From: Sphagnum compactum
Lineage: Eukaryota
NCBI GenBank assembly: GCA_965153455.1
Contig: OZ234494.1
Span: 682,001 to 746,000 of the forward strand
Reading direction: 5' to 3'
Length of the DNA: 64,000 nucleotides
Shown in pieces: positions 11,787 through 26,554 of the stretch (position 1 is the stretch's first letter; every line of letters starts with the position of its first letter). The notes beneath the pieces are model-generated. The model saw only the letters and a program-made list of their open reading frames with translations, was not told the DNA's origin and ran no database searches. A program made the translations under genes and the position numbers.

Positions 11787-14700
11787 CACTATTAAAAAAT
11801 GTGTGGACAAACCATTACAGCCAACCACCCAATTTGATTTTGGATGGTCTTCAGATGACACAAACCATTCATGATTTTGTTCAAAGGGAAAATCCCACTA
11901 AAAATTCACCAAAGTGGTCATGTAGTGGGAGGCAATGGCGATTTAAAAGTTTTTTGCTTAAAATGTTTTAAGGCATGGTTATAATTTTTTCATTCTTTTT
12001 TTTCAAAAAATTTGGGTGGTTTTTCCTAGTAATCATTCTAGGCATTTGTGCACAAGGTTAACCACCTTACAAGGCAGGCACGTAAGTAGGTAACCACTAT
12101 GTAAGTTAAATGTTACACGGCTTAGCTTGGGTGGCCAATGTTTAAATGCCACATGTCTATACTTAAATTTGATGTAGCCATTGGGTGACATAAAAATGAC
12201 TAATAGGTAAGTATAAATAGAAACATACTTAAGCTAAATTAAGTATTCTTAGGTCATGTTTTGTTAACCTAACACGAATATGACCTAGTTAAATTTACTT
12301 AAGTTATACCTAGGTTAAAACAATCAATTTATACATTTTTTGGTAAAATAGGACATGTATTTAAAGTATGTAAATTGCAACCTATAGCTAAATTAGGTAT
12401 ATTGTAATTTATACATAAGCTAAGTATATCATAGCCTACGTACCAAAGTTATGTACCAATATATACGATTTATTATGTACCTATTGGGTATATATAATGA
12501 ACTATAATTGTGGTAAGGTAGGTTAGCCCTACTTAATTACATGTAGTTAGGCTACGTATATCCTAACTTATATGTACATAGCCTCTACATATACTAGAAG
12601 AAAAATGGGGTTTTGTAATTAACTTTTGGAACTATTTTTGTCCATACTTAGTGCTACATAAAAGTTACATTATGTAAGTACGTTACTTTACATTGCTTAT
12701 ATATATCCTACATATACCACTATGCCATAATTTGACATTTATGACTAGGACAAATATGACTAATGACCATTTTTTAATCATACATATAATCATATATGCA
12801 ATGTTTTTGTGCCTAATTATATTTTTGTAACCATGGATATGACTACATGACTAAAAGTTTTCATGGATAAGACTATGTGATTAATAATCTTCTTCATGAA
12901 CACCATATAATTATTTAATAATATAAAATTTTAAATTATAAAAAATTGGGAGTTAAAAGGGAAAAGACCTAGAAAGTGGACATATGTATATATCTAATAA
13001 ACATATTATAAGCTTGTAGATGATCAAACACATAATTAGTGCATAAGTAAATAATTAAACCTTATAATTCTAGAACTTTTGCTTTAGAGTCACTAATTAT
13101 TTAATGTGAGTTTCGAGAAAGTGCTTTAAAAAACATTTGGGGAAAATTTTTCAATTTTTCAGATTTTCCAAAAATAACAAACAAAATGTTATGTTTTTGA
13201 AACCACAAAATTAAATAAAAAATCAATGCATAGAATATAATTGAAACATTCAAGTTGGCACTTTTGCGCAAAGGTTTATTTATTTAAATGAATAGATTCT
13301 TTGAATTTTTTGACACTTAATAATGAAATATATTTTTATTTATGATATCCAAATAATTTTGAAAGAAATTCACATGCCCCAAAATGGCATTTTTTTGATG
13401 TTTTCATATGATGGGCACCAAACAAATATAAAATTTGATATTTATTCATTTATCAAAATCTTTTGTCATATAACTTAGAATTTTTAGTAATTTCTAATAA
13501 ATCACATTTAATGAACTGAAATGAACATCAAAAATAATATTAAAATTTACTACTCTCAAAATTTTTTGATAAAAACTATAAATTAAAAGTATATGTGTAT
13601 AAATTAGTAATTATGAGATTTAGATATCAATCATTTTAATTTTTTTTAATACTACTAATAACATATTTTATTGTAAATTATTTTTATAATTCCAAAAATA
13701 AATATAACACAACATTCATACAATTCTTATGGATTCATTATATTTTAAAAGGTGGGGAATTATATATATATATACCAAAAAACCATGTCAATTTTAAATG
13801 TGTTTATTTACAAAAAAAAAATATGAAAAAAAAAATAGTACCATTGATATTGAAATGTATGAAATAGTGAAGATCCAAATGCATTTTTGATCTAATTACT
13901 TGATATTTATGTTTTAAATGTTTTAAAGATGCGTAGATCGTGAAAAATTCTTTAAAATTGAAAAATCGTTTATTTTCATTTGGACGAAGTATGAAAATAA
14001 TAATAATGGTCAAAGTTGAGTACTTTTGTATGGGACAAAGAATGATGTGAAATAATGTTGTAAATTTATCCAATATCCTTTGTAAACAAGTTGAACTTTG
14101 TAAACTATATGAGTAGATAAAAAAATATTAGTCCACACACAATACAGGCACTAAATAAAATCAAAATGCAAATATTACTTGTGATGAACCAATAAAAAAG
14201 GCTTGTCAACAAAAAATAAATTTAAAAACTACTAACCTATCTACTTAAGTGACCTATATTTAGGCCTAATTTAGTGGCCTAGTTTTAAGTGCAACCTAAG
14301 AAAGGAATAATGTAAGCTCTTAAGGTAGGCCTAGGTTGCCTAAGCCTACTTTAGGTGCCTAGACCTAAGCCTAATTACCTAGGCTTTAGATTTTAGGTTG
14401 CTAAACCTACATTTAAGTGCTTCGGTTTAAACTTAAATTCCTAGACCTAGGTATGTAGCTTGAAGCCTAGTTTAGGTTTAACCTAGGTCATTTAGGTTTT
14501 AGCCACGTGGCATAACCTAATTGGCTAATGTTTAAATGACATGTCGTTTAATCTATGTGGCCAATGTTTAAATGCCACATGACGTTTGACCAATCAATTA
14601 AAGTTTGACCAATCACTTTAGTGATCAATACACAAAACCACCCATAAAACCATTAATTATACACATGCTGCCCAAACACCCTAAAAACCCACCAAATTGT

Positions 14701-14859
14701 TTTTGAACCAAACCACCCAATAGCCTATTTAATGGTTTTTTTTATCCCATTGAAAATTAATCACTACCCTAAACCATGTAGCCTATAGGAAATCCACTAT
14801 AGTGGTACAACAAAATGAGTGGTTTGCTTAGTGGTTTAACCACATGCATTTTAATAGTG
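11787..14859. mobile_element. Non-autonomous CACTA-type element, family B
   Basis: Left end CACTATTAAAAAATGTGTGGACAAACCATTA; right end (reverse complement) CACTATTAAAATGCATGTGGTTAAACCACTA, a ~31-bp imperfect TIR. TSD GAA/GAA. An identical 25-mer GTGGCCAATGTTTAAATGCCACATG sits at 12131 and 14557. No transposase ORF. Confidence 0.88.
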
Positions 14860-16989
14860 GAAGTTCTTGAAAGATAGAAGGAAATGCAAAATTTAATAAA
14901 CATATAAAAAGATGAACAAACTAAAAAAACAAATGCATAACAAACTCAAAAAACTTAAAAGTGCATAATTAACCAAAATGCACACAAGAGGTGATAATGG
15001 GATTGTTGGTTAAAGAAACATCAGGAATGAAAAACTTGCTCATTTTAAAATTGGAAGTGTAGGAGCTCCAAACCCTAAATTAACTTTCCAAGATCATGAC
15101 ACATGCCCTTGGCATGATGTCATATAATGGAGTACTAGGGGAACCTGAAATTTATTTTTTTCAAAAGTTGATAGGTGGCAAATGATTAATGTATTTTAGT
15201 CCTTTTCAACAAAACATAATTTCCCAAATCTTTGATTTCAATAAATGATGGACTTTGTAAACTATGTTGGTAATCTTGTTTAAAATGAAGGCGAAATTTT
15301 CCATGAAGACATTCATTTTAAAACAATAAAAAAACATCCTAACTATATTATAATTATTGTTTTACACATCCCACATGTAGATTTTGTAAAAGAAGTCCAT
15401 AACACTCCTCATGGATAATTATTGGGTCTTTTGCATAATATCAATAGTCCACCATGTACAATGAAATGATGGCATTGTCTCTCAAACTTTTGCATTTGAT
15501 TCTAAAAGTAAATCTAGACTACTTAGATGAGTCACTTCAAAAAAATTCATTAATTTCCCAATTAGCATAACAACAAACCCACACTTACCCCCATAAAAAT
15601 TGCTCCCATGACCAAAAAATGGACTATTTAGTGTGCAATCACCCATAAGAAACAAACAACCTTCCCTCATACATGTGCTTTTGGCCTAAGTGCAAATTCA
15701 TTACCAAAGTAATTTCCCATTCTAATTCCCATTTTCAAAACTTGATTGACTTATTTTGGCAACAAAACTAACTAAAAAACTCAAACGAATCAACTCCATT
15801 AAGTTATCCTTTTTGGAGAGTTTCTCACAAAGCCTTGATTTTCAATTTTAATTTATGGAATTCTTAATGAAAAAATTGTTCATTGTCCAAATATTAATAT
15901 AAAATTGCTAGAATTTGAAAATATATCTCCACAACTTAGCACATCTTAAGTTAAAAAATTACAAAACATCCAAATGCCCTTCACCATCAAATTTATCCAA
16001 AAATTATGATTAGTTAAGTGAAATATAGGGTTCATGTAATGTAATTTTTTATTCAATAAATAAATATTCACAATATCATATTTCCCGGATCTTAGATATT
16101 CAACTCACAAAACTAATTCATTATACCCATGTTCATTGACAATTTCTAAGAAAATTGAAATTTTGATACAAATATGTTTTTGAAAGATCCATTCAAAAAA
16201 TTATTTTGGAGTGCAAACAAGATAACATGAATCACACTTGCTTGCTTTTTTATTGCTTTTGTGGTTGCTTATTGGGCAATATTCTTACAATATTTTAGAA
16301 AAATTCTCTGAAAACTCTTTAATGTTTTTTAAAAAAATCTTTGCACTATTTGATAAAGGTTCATGTTGAAAATTTGGCAAAAAATGTCATTTTCAAAAAA
16401 ATTGAAAACCATTTACAAGTCCTTTTACTACTGAAAAACAAAATTTACAGTGTTTAATGAGTGATTTTGTTGATTTGTTATTCATTGGATTAATTTTAGA
16501 TTAATTCACATGTTCCCATGATATATTTAAAATACAAATATATATAAAAAATTAAAAATTTCAACATCAATTTAAATTACCACTTTGAGACATGAAAAAA
16601 CATGTTATTGTAATTGCACCATTTGTGTCTTTTTATTGATGTTAACAAACTTGATTTCTCATACTTTTTTTTTGAGTCTCCTGTTAAAATCTTCATTTTT
16701 TTTTATTATAAATTTCTTTTTAATGGAGGGATGTATAATAATTGGTTTTTAGAAAACCTATAATCTCATACTTCATTTCCCATATGGGATCATCTATTGT
16801 AGCATAAAGGATATCCTTTAAAACTCGAAGATCTCCAAGACTCAAAGACCATGTTTGGGATTGTTAAAATGTTTAAACACACAAATGTGTATCTTATTCA
16901 ACTATAAAATAAAACTATGTTTTGACCATACCGCCATAACAGGAACTCTTCATTTGATGAAACATTAACATCAAAATTCTTCACTGTAA

Positions 16990-17203
16990 ATTTGTGCAAT
17001 GCAAGGCTCTAGGCATTTTATTGTGCAAACTCATCAATAATCTTCTTCCACTTCAAGTTGGTTTGTCAAAGTGAGGAGATTTGCGTAATCATTTACTTTT
17101 TGTCCATCACATCATTCTCCTTTAAATGAACTTGCAATAATTTAGGCAAAACAAATTCTTTCACAATGACATTTAAAACACTTGGAACAAACTTTCACTT
17201 CAT
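16990..17203 (-). pseudogene. Possible F-box-like gene remnant
   Basis: The minus strand reads VPSVLNVIVKEFVLPKLLQ...ISSL*QTNLKWKKIIDEF with several stops. The pattern resembles an F-box motif, by eye only. Confidence 0.3.
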
Positions 17204-19740
17204 TGTTATTTCAACTACAATTAGAGGGGATGCTAAAAGAAAACTAGAAAATTTGTGAAAGAAAGGAATAAAAGAGAAAAAAAAAGGAGGAATAGCAATG
17301 AGAGGGTGTGAGTAAGTGAATGTGAAAGGAGAAAAAAGAGAATGAAAAAATGAAAAGTTTCGATTTCAATTTATAGGTCAATTGTAACACTTAATCTTTG
17401 AATGGCTACAAGCAACATTTGGCCTCCCATTGTTGCATCAAACAACTTTACTCATGGAAATTGCTTTGAGGATGCATGGAATGGTTATGAGACAATATTA
17501 AAAATGATGACCAAAATGGCATCATTTGATAGCTTTGATAATTGGATGCCTTATACGACTCTAATCATGGAAAATGTTCCAAGTGAAAGTTATAATTAAT
17601 GGATTGGATAAGATGGATTGTTGGACCACTTGGAAGCAGTGGATGGATGTGATGTCATTGTTTTCCCTTTATTTGTCTTTCGTGCTTGAATATTATCACC
17701 CTTTATTATTTTAAACAACACTTTAGACCCCATAGCAAATCCAAATTTTAAAAACAACATATAATATTTTGACAAGAGTGAACATATTTTTTGTTCTTCA
17801 CAAACTTTTTTACACTTTGGGGACCCAAAAAAAATGGACATTTCTGATTTTTGTAGAAAATCTAAATTTAGAAATAAATTTTCGAAAAGCAAAAACATCT
17901 TCAATATATAAATACCATTGATTTGAAAACAATCTAGTGTATCTAACAAGTTGATACTTTTTTAGGTAAACCCAAAACAATAGAAAACAAGAAGAGAAAG
18001 GAAATCAATTGAAAGCAAGGAAGAAAAAAAGTTTATCAACGTCAAGCATTAATTAGGGACCCATATCTTCCTTAAATTTGCTTATAAGAACAACCAACAT
18101 ATATACATACCTTAAAACCTTTAATTAAAGGCGACAAATTTTTGGTTTATGATATTTCAATCTAGCTTTGGCCCTAGAAGATATAGCTGCCCAAAGTTGA
18201 ACAATCCAAAATTTGGATAGTTTGGTTTACAACATAGAGGAAAATGTAAGAAGCCACCAAGCTACCCTAGCCAATAGCCCATGCAGATTTTATGTCTTGT
18301 CCGTACAATGTAACCCAACACATGGGAAACACAAGCCATCATGTTTATTCTATGATAAGCATTGTAATAAGAAGGAAAACTTGAAGACACAATGCCATTA
18401 TGAATTTAACAAAACACAAGAGATAAATGTTTTATGAAAAATTTGTAATATTTTTTTAATGTAATGAATCGATAGATTTCAAAATTATTAGAAAAGGCAT
18501 GGCGTCTAAGAAAGTACATATGAAAAAATCTTTGAAGAAATATATTAAATCAACATCATTAAGTGAAAATTATTTTTAATAACTGCTATCAACAATTCAT
18601 TTGAAATTTTTTTAATACATGAAAATTTAAAAGTTAAAACATATGAAATGTGATGAACAAACTCTTTGATTTAAGTGCAATTTTTTTAAAAACTAATCAT
18701 TATATATGTATTTATGAGTGGTGTTATTGTGGTGCTTACTTTATCAAAACTAACGGTATGTTGTTGCATATTAAACCATTGGTTTTGAATATGGACGTAC
18801 GATGATAATTTAAAAGAAATCAAACTTGTGTAATATGTGAAAACAATATCAATCCATGACCATGTGATGAAAATCAATTTAATTTTATATGATGTGATTT
18901 AACCAAAAAAAAAAGTATCATGGTTTTTAAATTATGAATCATGACATATTTTGACAGTTATTGTTGGCCGCATTTTATTGATTTTGTTGTATAGGAAAAA
19001 AATGTAGGTACCATAGTTCATGAATCATTGACATTTGAAAGGTGAACAGATGACACTCATTGCCAAACATGCAACAATTAACATATTAAATTTATTGTTA
19101 TAAAAATAAATAAGAATTTCAATACGCATATATTCAAATTTGCTAATTTAACATCAATCATATAATGATAATAAATATATATAAATAACATCTAAGATAC
19201 AATATCATGACTGGCCATCCTACATTAAATCATAAATATAAATTCTTTAAAACTAAACAAATAATATGAAACATTACATGTTAGGTATTGAAGAAGAAAA
19301 AATTGAAAAGTAATATCATATGAACATTCATTAATTATGTGTTTTTATTAATTTTTGAAAATTTTCATCATAATAAAATACTTTTATTTATTTTTTTGTA
19401 TATTTTAAACTTTTATAATTATACTTTTTTTGAGAAAAACTCGTGAATGCAATCGTGAAATCAAAGAAAAATCATTAAATTTGCAAATGTAAAATATAAC
19501 AAATTTATCATGTGTACAAAAAATGATTTCATTTTATTTTAAATGTTATGTAATGAATGGTAGATATGCGTACTCAATTTAGAATATCCATTATAATCAT
19601 ATACCTATTATGAATGTTGAATATCAAATATTGTGTTAAATTTTATAATCTCAATGTTTTTTAATTAAAAAAATTAGTTTGCAATTTAAGTTAATGAAGT
19701 TGTACTTATCATATTTCATATACATTGTAAACATTGTAAA

Positions 19741-22500
19741 TGGCACCATGCCCAACTTTATGATATGAGGGCAATGGTGGATAAATATGTTCTTCCTCAT
19801 TTATTTCTCACACTTTCTATAGATGAACCATCATAGCTCAAATGTAGTGACATCTCTAACATGGAGACATTTTGGAAAAATCTCAGTGAAAAATTTACTT
19901 GGAAAAATTGTCCGGTTAAATGTGCACACTTATTTCACACAAGGGTATGTACATTCATGACCAAGTACATAAATTGTGAGAACGAAATCTTAGAATGTGA
20001 TGAGCATCACTTGTGTCAGTATGGAGTTCAACATATCTATTGCATGCCCATATTATATTGTGGTTACACAAAGATGATGTGGATCGTGTCACAAATGAAA
20101 TTTTAGCCTTTGTTCGTGCTATTTATGATGAGACCCTAAAATCATTTAGAGAGCCTATAAATTTGATTGAAAACAAAATTTTCAAACTAATGCACATGAA
20201 ACAACTTCATAGTTGTTAGAAAAAGTGTTATACAAAACCAAACATGGTTGCAAATGTGGTTTCCCATATGATATAAACAAAGAAATAATGGCTAAATTGA
20301 ATTATTATAGTAACATATGGGAGTATTTTCGATGTAGATACTGTGATAGAAGTGTGGTACCATACCATAAATATTATTGGTATGGGGTGCACATTAATCT
20401 ACAATGGATCACCTCCTCATACTGGTCATACTGCCTACTAAAATATGCAATGAAATTGGAACCCAATGGCCCTCTAAAAATTTAAACATTAAAAATGCAA
20501 AGAGGCTTGGGTTTGACAAATTGAATGTTATACAATTGTGATTACTCTCAGCAATAGTATTTGCAAAACTTGTAACTTCAACAAAAGCAACAACCACATG
20601 CCTAGGAATTCAAGTTATTCAAAAAAATGGAGTCGTGGTATATATTGATTCAAAACCATTTGAATTTCAACGACAATTTTTTTTCAATAATACACCCAAT
20701 TGATGTGTATAAACATTGATCAACATTGCATGAATCCATGACATTCAAAGATTATTATAAGCAATTTGAGATTTTGAAGAGAAGGCGTGCTAGTTCCCAA
20801 TACTACATTTGTAATGATGATATTGACAACTTTGTACATCATAATAAAAAAGTTGTGCATTTTACATATTACAATCCCATTGTTGATACATAATATTTTT
20901 TTCGTAATATTTTCCTTCAACATGTTTCTTTTAGGAACAAAGAAGATCTTTGGACACCAAGTAATAAACATCAATCATACATATTTGAATGTAAATTTCA
21001 AGGATATCTTGGCAATATTGATTCATTACAAAGGTACATTATAGAATACTATAAGCAAAATCTATTAAATGAACCAAAACAACATTTCATAGACAAAATT
21101 ATTGAAAAACATCCATACCTAGCTATAGATTACATTGGAGATACAATGAGCCATGAAATAACTCATTTTCAAAGATGTAGAAAACTTGTTCGATGTTGAT
21201 TTTTTTGCACATGATTTTCCTGATTCCATACAAGATGCAAATGTTACATATGACCAACAACAAATATTCCAGCATTTAACATATTCAATGTCAAGTATTT
21301 ATTTTTTGGAAGGAACGTTTTGAAGTGGAAAAACATTTTTTATAAAATATTTAACCAACCACCTCCAAACGTTGGGGGAAGAAGTTCTTCTAGTAGCAAC
21401 AACTAGTGTTGTAGCTTCTAGATTATCTTGTAAAACATGCACTATTCAAAAATATTTTAGAATTCCCATATGGGGGTATTTGTATGATTTATAACAACCC
21501 AATGCAACATTGCAAATAATTCAAAATTCCAACATCATTATCATTGATGTTCGATGTCTTTACTCATAAACACATTGTTGAATTCGATATACATGCACAT
21601 CAAATAAACATCATCTGAAATTGGTGATCAATTTGTTTCAAAAGTTTTGTTGGTTGTTGGAGATATGGCATAATTGCCACCAATATGAAATCGTTTTGTT
21701 GAAATTAAGTTCAATGTTTGTGATCTATGTCATATTCAAAATTCTCCATTTTTGAGATCTAGCACTCATTTGACATTAACAACATCAATTTGACTACTAA
21801 ATATTTGGAATTCTTAAATATAATCCAGACTATAAAACTATTAGAAACTGAAATTGAGCACTATTTAACACCATGCATAATTCCAAACGATCAAATTTTA
21901 TTGACTTTGGATGAACAAACCATGGTTTTATGTTCACACAAAATTGATGTGGATAACTATAATGACATAATGATCACAAAGTTCTTTTATAATTCAATCA
22001 TATATTCAATAGATATTCATTTCAACACATTTGGAGTTGAAGAACTTGATACATGGGTCAACAATCCACATTTTAATCCTTTGAAAAAAATTGCCATCAA
22101 TCCTAAGCTTATGTTAACATAAAACATAAATATTAATAAAGGTATGGTTAATGGTGCTTTAGATATTGTGGTAAACATTGGATTTGATATTCATCACAAA
22201 GTGGATGTTATTACAATTATTTTAGACCATTCCGGACAACAATTAAAAGTGAAGAGATGCACTTATAAATTCAACTACACTTCAAGAGGTAGATTTTATA
22301 AATCGACTTTTCCACTTGCATTGACATATGCCATGACAGGCCATAAATCCCAAAGAGCCACTATTTCATCCGAAGTACTAGTTGATATACAAAATGCATT
22401 TACACCTAAATTGACATGTCATGTTATCTAAAGTGACAGAATCAAAATATTTAACAATAGTTCCACAATTGCATATTGATGATTTATTGCTGGTTAAATA
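19741..22500 (+). mobile_element. Decayed Helitron-type Rep(HUH)-PIF1 helicase coding region, copy 1
   Basis: Rep motif 1 WHHAQLYDMRAMVDKYVLPHLFLTLS (19741), HUH motif LHAHIILW (~20040) and YCLLKYAMK (~20430). Walker A FLEGTF*SGKTF (~21300), VVGDMA*LPPI, NGA and FPLALTYAMTGHKSQ (~22340). Many stops and frameshifts. Termini not identified. Confidence 0.88.
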
Positions 22501-25500
22501 GACATCCAAATAAAACATGAACAAGGTAAATTTCTTTTTAATCCATCCATAATTCATTTTTTACAATTGAATGCATGTAAGAGAATGTATGAAGCTCATT
22601 AGGTAAATAGGTAAACCTATAAACAATATTTAGTTTTGTTAAAATTAACACAAAATGAACCTATCTCATTTTTTAATTTGATGTTTTGCCCCCATTGATT
22701 GGAATAAAATATTTCTTTTACCCCCAACACAGTCCAAGGATTTATGTATCATGTGTAGCCAACATAGCAATGTGACAAAAAATTGGAAGTAATTAGACAT
22801 GTATCAACTTTACATAGTACTAAACTTAGGTTAAAGCTTAATCGTGGAGATATTACATGTATTTGGCATGCATCAGAACATATAAGTTCAACCATGTATG
22901 AGGGTTTTTATGTCAGCTCCATCTCCAAACCATGATGATATTATGGTCAATTGTAGCTTCGAATATTTGACATGGGTTGTATAGAATATTCATCGTGTTC
23001 ACATTGTAAGTACCCATAGAACTTTATGCCAAAAAAATCAACTAAATTAATAAAGAATTTGTAGATTGTTCAACACTCAAGAGTCATGATAATCATGTCA
23101 ATCTTACTATTGGGAATCCAGTCTTCATTTCAACTTTTGATGTAAGAATTAAATTTGAATATCATTGCATTAATTGATTTTCTTTAAATCATAATTGGTT
23201 CTACAACTATAGCTACGGTTAGTTTTGATTAATTCCTCCATGGTTTTAACATCATAATGGAAATGTAACCAATTTGCTTAACTTTTTAACTACAAACACT
23301 TTAATGAACTAGTAGGCTACTATTTGTAAGTTGATTATTAAAGTTTCAATCATGGGTTTAACATTATTTTCTTCTACATGTGTGATCCAGTAGTCGAAAC
23401 AATGTTGAGAACGTGTGTAGACAAGTTCGTTGGAAGGATCTAGAACAACCTCTCAACATGAATCATCACATAGTGCACCCATGACCCGAATCGTGGCAGG
23501 TTGATATTAAAGGACTCCTCAAACTTTGCATTTGACATGCCATAGAAACAAGACAAAGAAATAAAACAAACATTGGGTCAATAGTGTGAGTGGATATTCA
23601 TAGAACATGAAAGGAATGTAGAAGACTCACTATGCACACACCCAAGTTTCTAACACAGGAATACATCATCAATCTGATAATAGGAACATGTTTTTCTTGC
23701 ACACCAATGGTCACCAAGATATACATTTGTTAGCTTTTGATTATGTCACTATGCTATTATTTGGTCTACCATTGAAAAGTCCACCACCACTAGTTCATCA
23801 TGCACCCATATTCCATACACATAGAAACTTTAGGGTAAAAACAATGACAAATTTCTCAAGTGCAAAAAAAATACTTATGTCTTTTCCTTCTTTCGATTAA
23901 TCAATTGTAAAACCAATGTGTAGGCCCTAAAACTTTCTCAAACTTTATGTTCAACTTACTATAAACTCAATGGAGTGCCTTATGGTCTCAAAATGACAAT
24001 ATGGTGTAAAAAAATGTAAGATAAAGCATCCATGCTAGGACTCCACATTAGGACCATGCCTCTATGGAACAATTATCCCCTGACAAGGTTGTAACAAACA
24101 TAGGTGATCCATTTTTTGAAATGCCTTAAGTCTTTTTTTAAAAAAATTCCACTTAATTCTACAACTCCCCACTCTTTGGGCATTACCCTAGACTAGAACG
24201 CAACACAATTCGTCTAAAAAAAAAAACTTTTCAGAACATGTCATCACTCATGAAAGGTGTGTGAAAAGATTTTGATAATCATGCCATGTACCTTGCTAAT
24301 TATTTTGGTAGGTAGGTAAGAATCATAAATGAGTAGTTGGTAAATATAACATATTAAATGTGATAAATTGGTAGAAACCCAAATAAAGGTCATTGTTGAA
24401 TATAGTCACACACCTTATTTGGGCCTCTACAAGTATTTTATAATTTTCAATGGAGTACATATTCTTTTCTCAGCTACACCCACAAACATGCATGAAAATG
24501 TTACATATTTTAAACTGCAAATGCAATTCATCATGTCAAAAAGAAGCCTTGGCCTAATAATTACATAACATTAACTTTGCATGTCCCACACATGAACAAT
24601 ACATCCAATGAACATAATCAACTACACAGTAATGTTATTGTTACCTATCTAACCTAGGGGTTAACATGAGATAGGCACTCATCCTAAAACATTCATTATA
24701 CAACGTGTTGCAAGCTCCCAATAAACATGTGAAATCCCAAAATCCTGAAATCCTCTATATAGAACTCTAATGATGTTGGAAACATAACTAGATGGCACCA
24801 AAAATGAGAACAAAATCTAACATAACCCCTTGACCATCCAATTCCAACCTTGAAGATTATCCCAATCATTTACATAATCTTTTTTATTGTCATGTCATGT
24901 TACTTGTCTAAATATAATAGACTGGTAATATGTTCATTTAGAGTGTGAGTAATGGTTTCCCAAACTAACCTTCAAATGTTGCCACATCACTCATAGCATA
25001 TACTCTTGGAAAGTTTTTTTGAAACTAGCCATCAACCTTTCACATAGATACTTTGTGTTAATTAACTTGGAACATTAACATAACATAGAGAGCAAATCCA
25101 AAATTGGCTTAACTGACTTAAATCAATCCTCTTAGTTCAAGATTGATGGTTTTTTGAGTTTCAACCCCCTGCTAAATGCTATTTTTTTTTGGGCAAAAAT
25201 TAAAAAAATTTCACTCCCCTGTATGACCAAACTGAAGGTTCCCCCTATAGATGGAGAGCCTCCCCTTTTAGCACACCTATATAGATGAAAAGGGGAGGAC
25301 TTTGGCCAAAACACATGGGTTTGAAGTCAAGTGTTATTAGGGACACCCTTTGGCAACACATTGGGAACTTGGGGAACAACATGGGAACACATCAAAACCT
25401 TTTCGAGAACATGATGGGAACACCCCCAACCCCCCCACCCCCCCAAGTTGGGGGCCTTTAATGCTTGTTGCACCTTCCCATTCGTTGCATGCAACATAAA

Positions 25501-26285
25501 TTTCAAAATTGTTAGTCACATCCTTGATACATCCTATTTGCCCAAGCTTGGAATAGTGACATGAGGGGGAGAGAGGGGGATTTACAACTTTGTACAAAGG
25601 TTTTTTACCATAAAAGATGTGATTATCAATAAAAGAAACCCTTCTACCATTAACATGCATACTTTCAAAGACCTTAGGAACATCTCGAATTGGGAATGGA
25701 AATTGATTAGTTTTTTAATAACAAATTTTGAAAAAAAAAGTGCCACCACAATTGAATGTTTGTTAGAAACTTGCATATAATATCAAAGTGTCTCAAGATG
25801 AATTCTCCAAGTATTGGTCCAAAGTGACTCAAGTTAATCAATTGGCAATCCATTTTATTTTATTTTTAGGCTCAAATGAAAGAATCCCATATTTCCTGGA
25901 AATGACTTGTGGTCAATGGGGTGACGAATCTAGTTTTTTTCTTTATTGGTTCTTATCTTGTGGGGTATTGTAGTTGGTCATTTTACAATGTAGATGAATA
26001 TCAAGATTTTTCAAGGAAGTGAGGTTGATCTTGATCAAAGTCTCCTACATGGAGATAGTGAAAGTGATACAAAATTTGAAAAGTATATCCTAGAAGGAAG
26101 ACTGTTAGAGTCAGTGCATGTTCAGTACATTAGAATGGCAACTAACCATAGTGATGCATTCATTGTAAATAACAACAAATTATTTGGAGCAAGGAACTAC
26201 TTAGCTTGGAAATTCAAACTTAAAAAACATTTTCATGCATGAAATGTTATGGCATTTGGTTTCTCTAGATCCAACTCAAGCATCT

Positions 26286-26554
26286 GGGTGAAAATCCTTT
26301 AAGGTGTACCACACATGATGAAAAAGCCTAGTCTTTACTATAATCCTTTTTTACTTTCTATTTTGATCCCCATAAAAAACAATGATTCAAAAGTTAAAAT
26401 TTTTAGAAGGACTATATTTTAGACCATTACAATTTTAGATTCCATCATAATCATCCATAAATGTGTCTTCACATGGTAAAAATGATTAGGTAAACAAGAT
26501 TGAAAAGGGTGACATTGTGACAAGATTTTGGTACACTTTAAAGAATTTGGACCC
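26286..26554. mobile_element. 269-bp MITE inserted in copia gag
   Basis: 26-bp imperfect TIRs GGGTGAAAATCCTTTAAGGTGTACCA and (revcomp) GGGTCCAAATTCTTTAAAGTGTACCA. Flanks are ATCT/ATTT. Removing the element plus 4 bp restores the gag frame across the site (LDPTQASRVQIDDKVAAQLKM). Confidence 0.75.

Noticed and set aside
23380..25100. Possible decayed coding sequence
   Set aside because: No recognisable motif in the parts I translated.
25230..25530. GGGAAC-rich dispersed repeat
   Set aside because: Probably a repeat fragment, but boundaries and class cannot be established from the window.
25700..26134. 5' LTR and PBS of the copia element
   Set aside because: No TG...CA repeat pair or TGGTATCAGAGC-type PBS recognisable.
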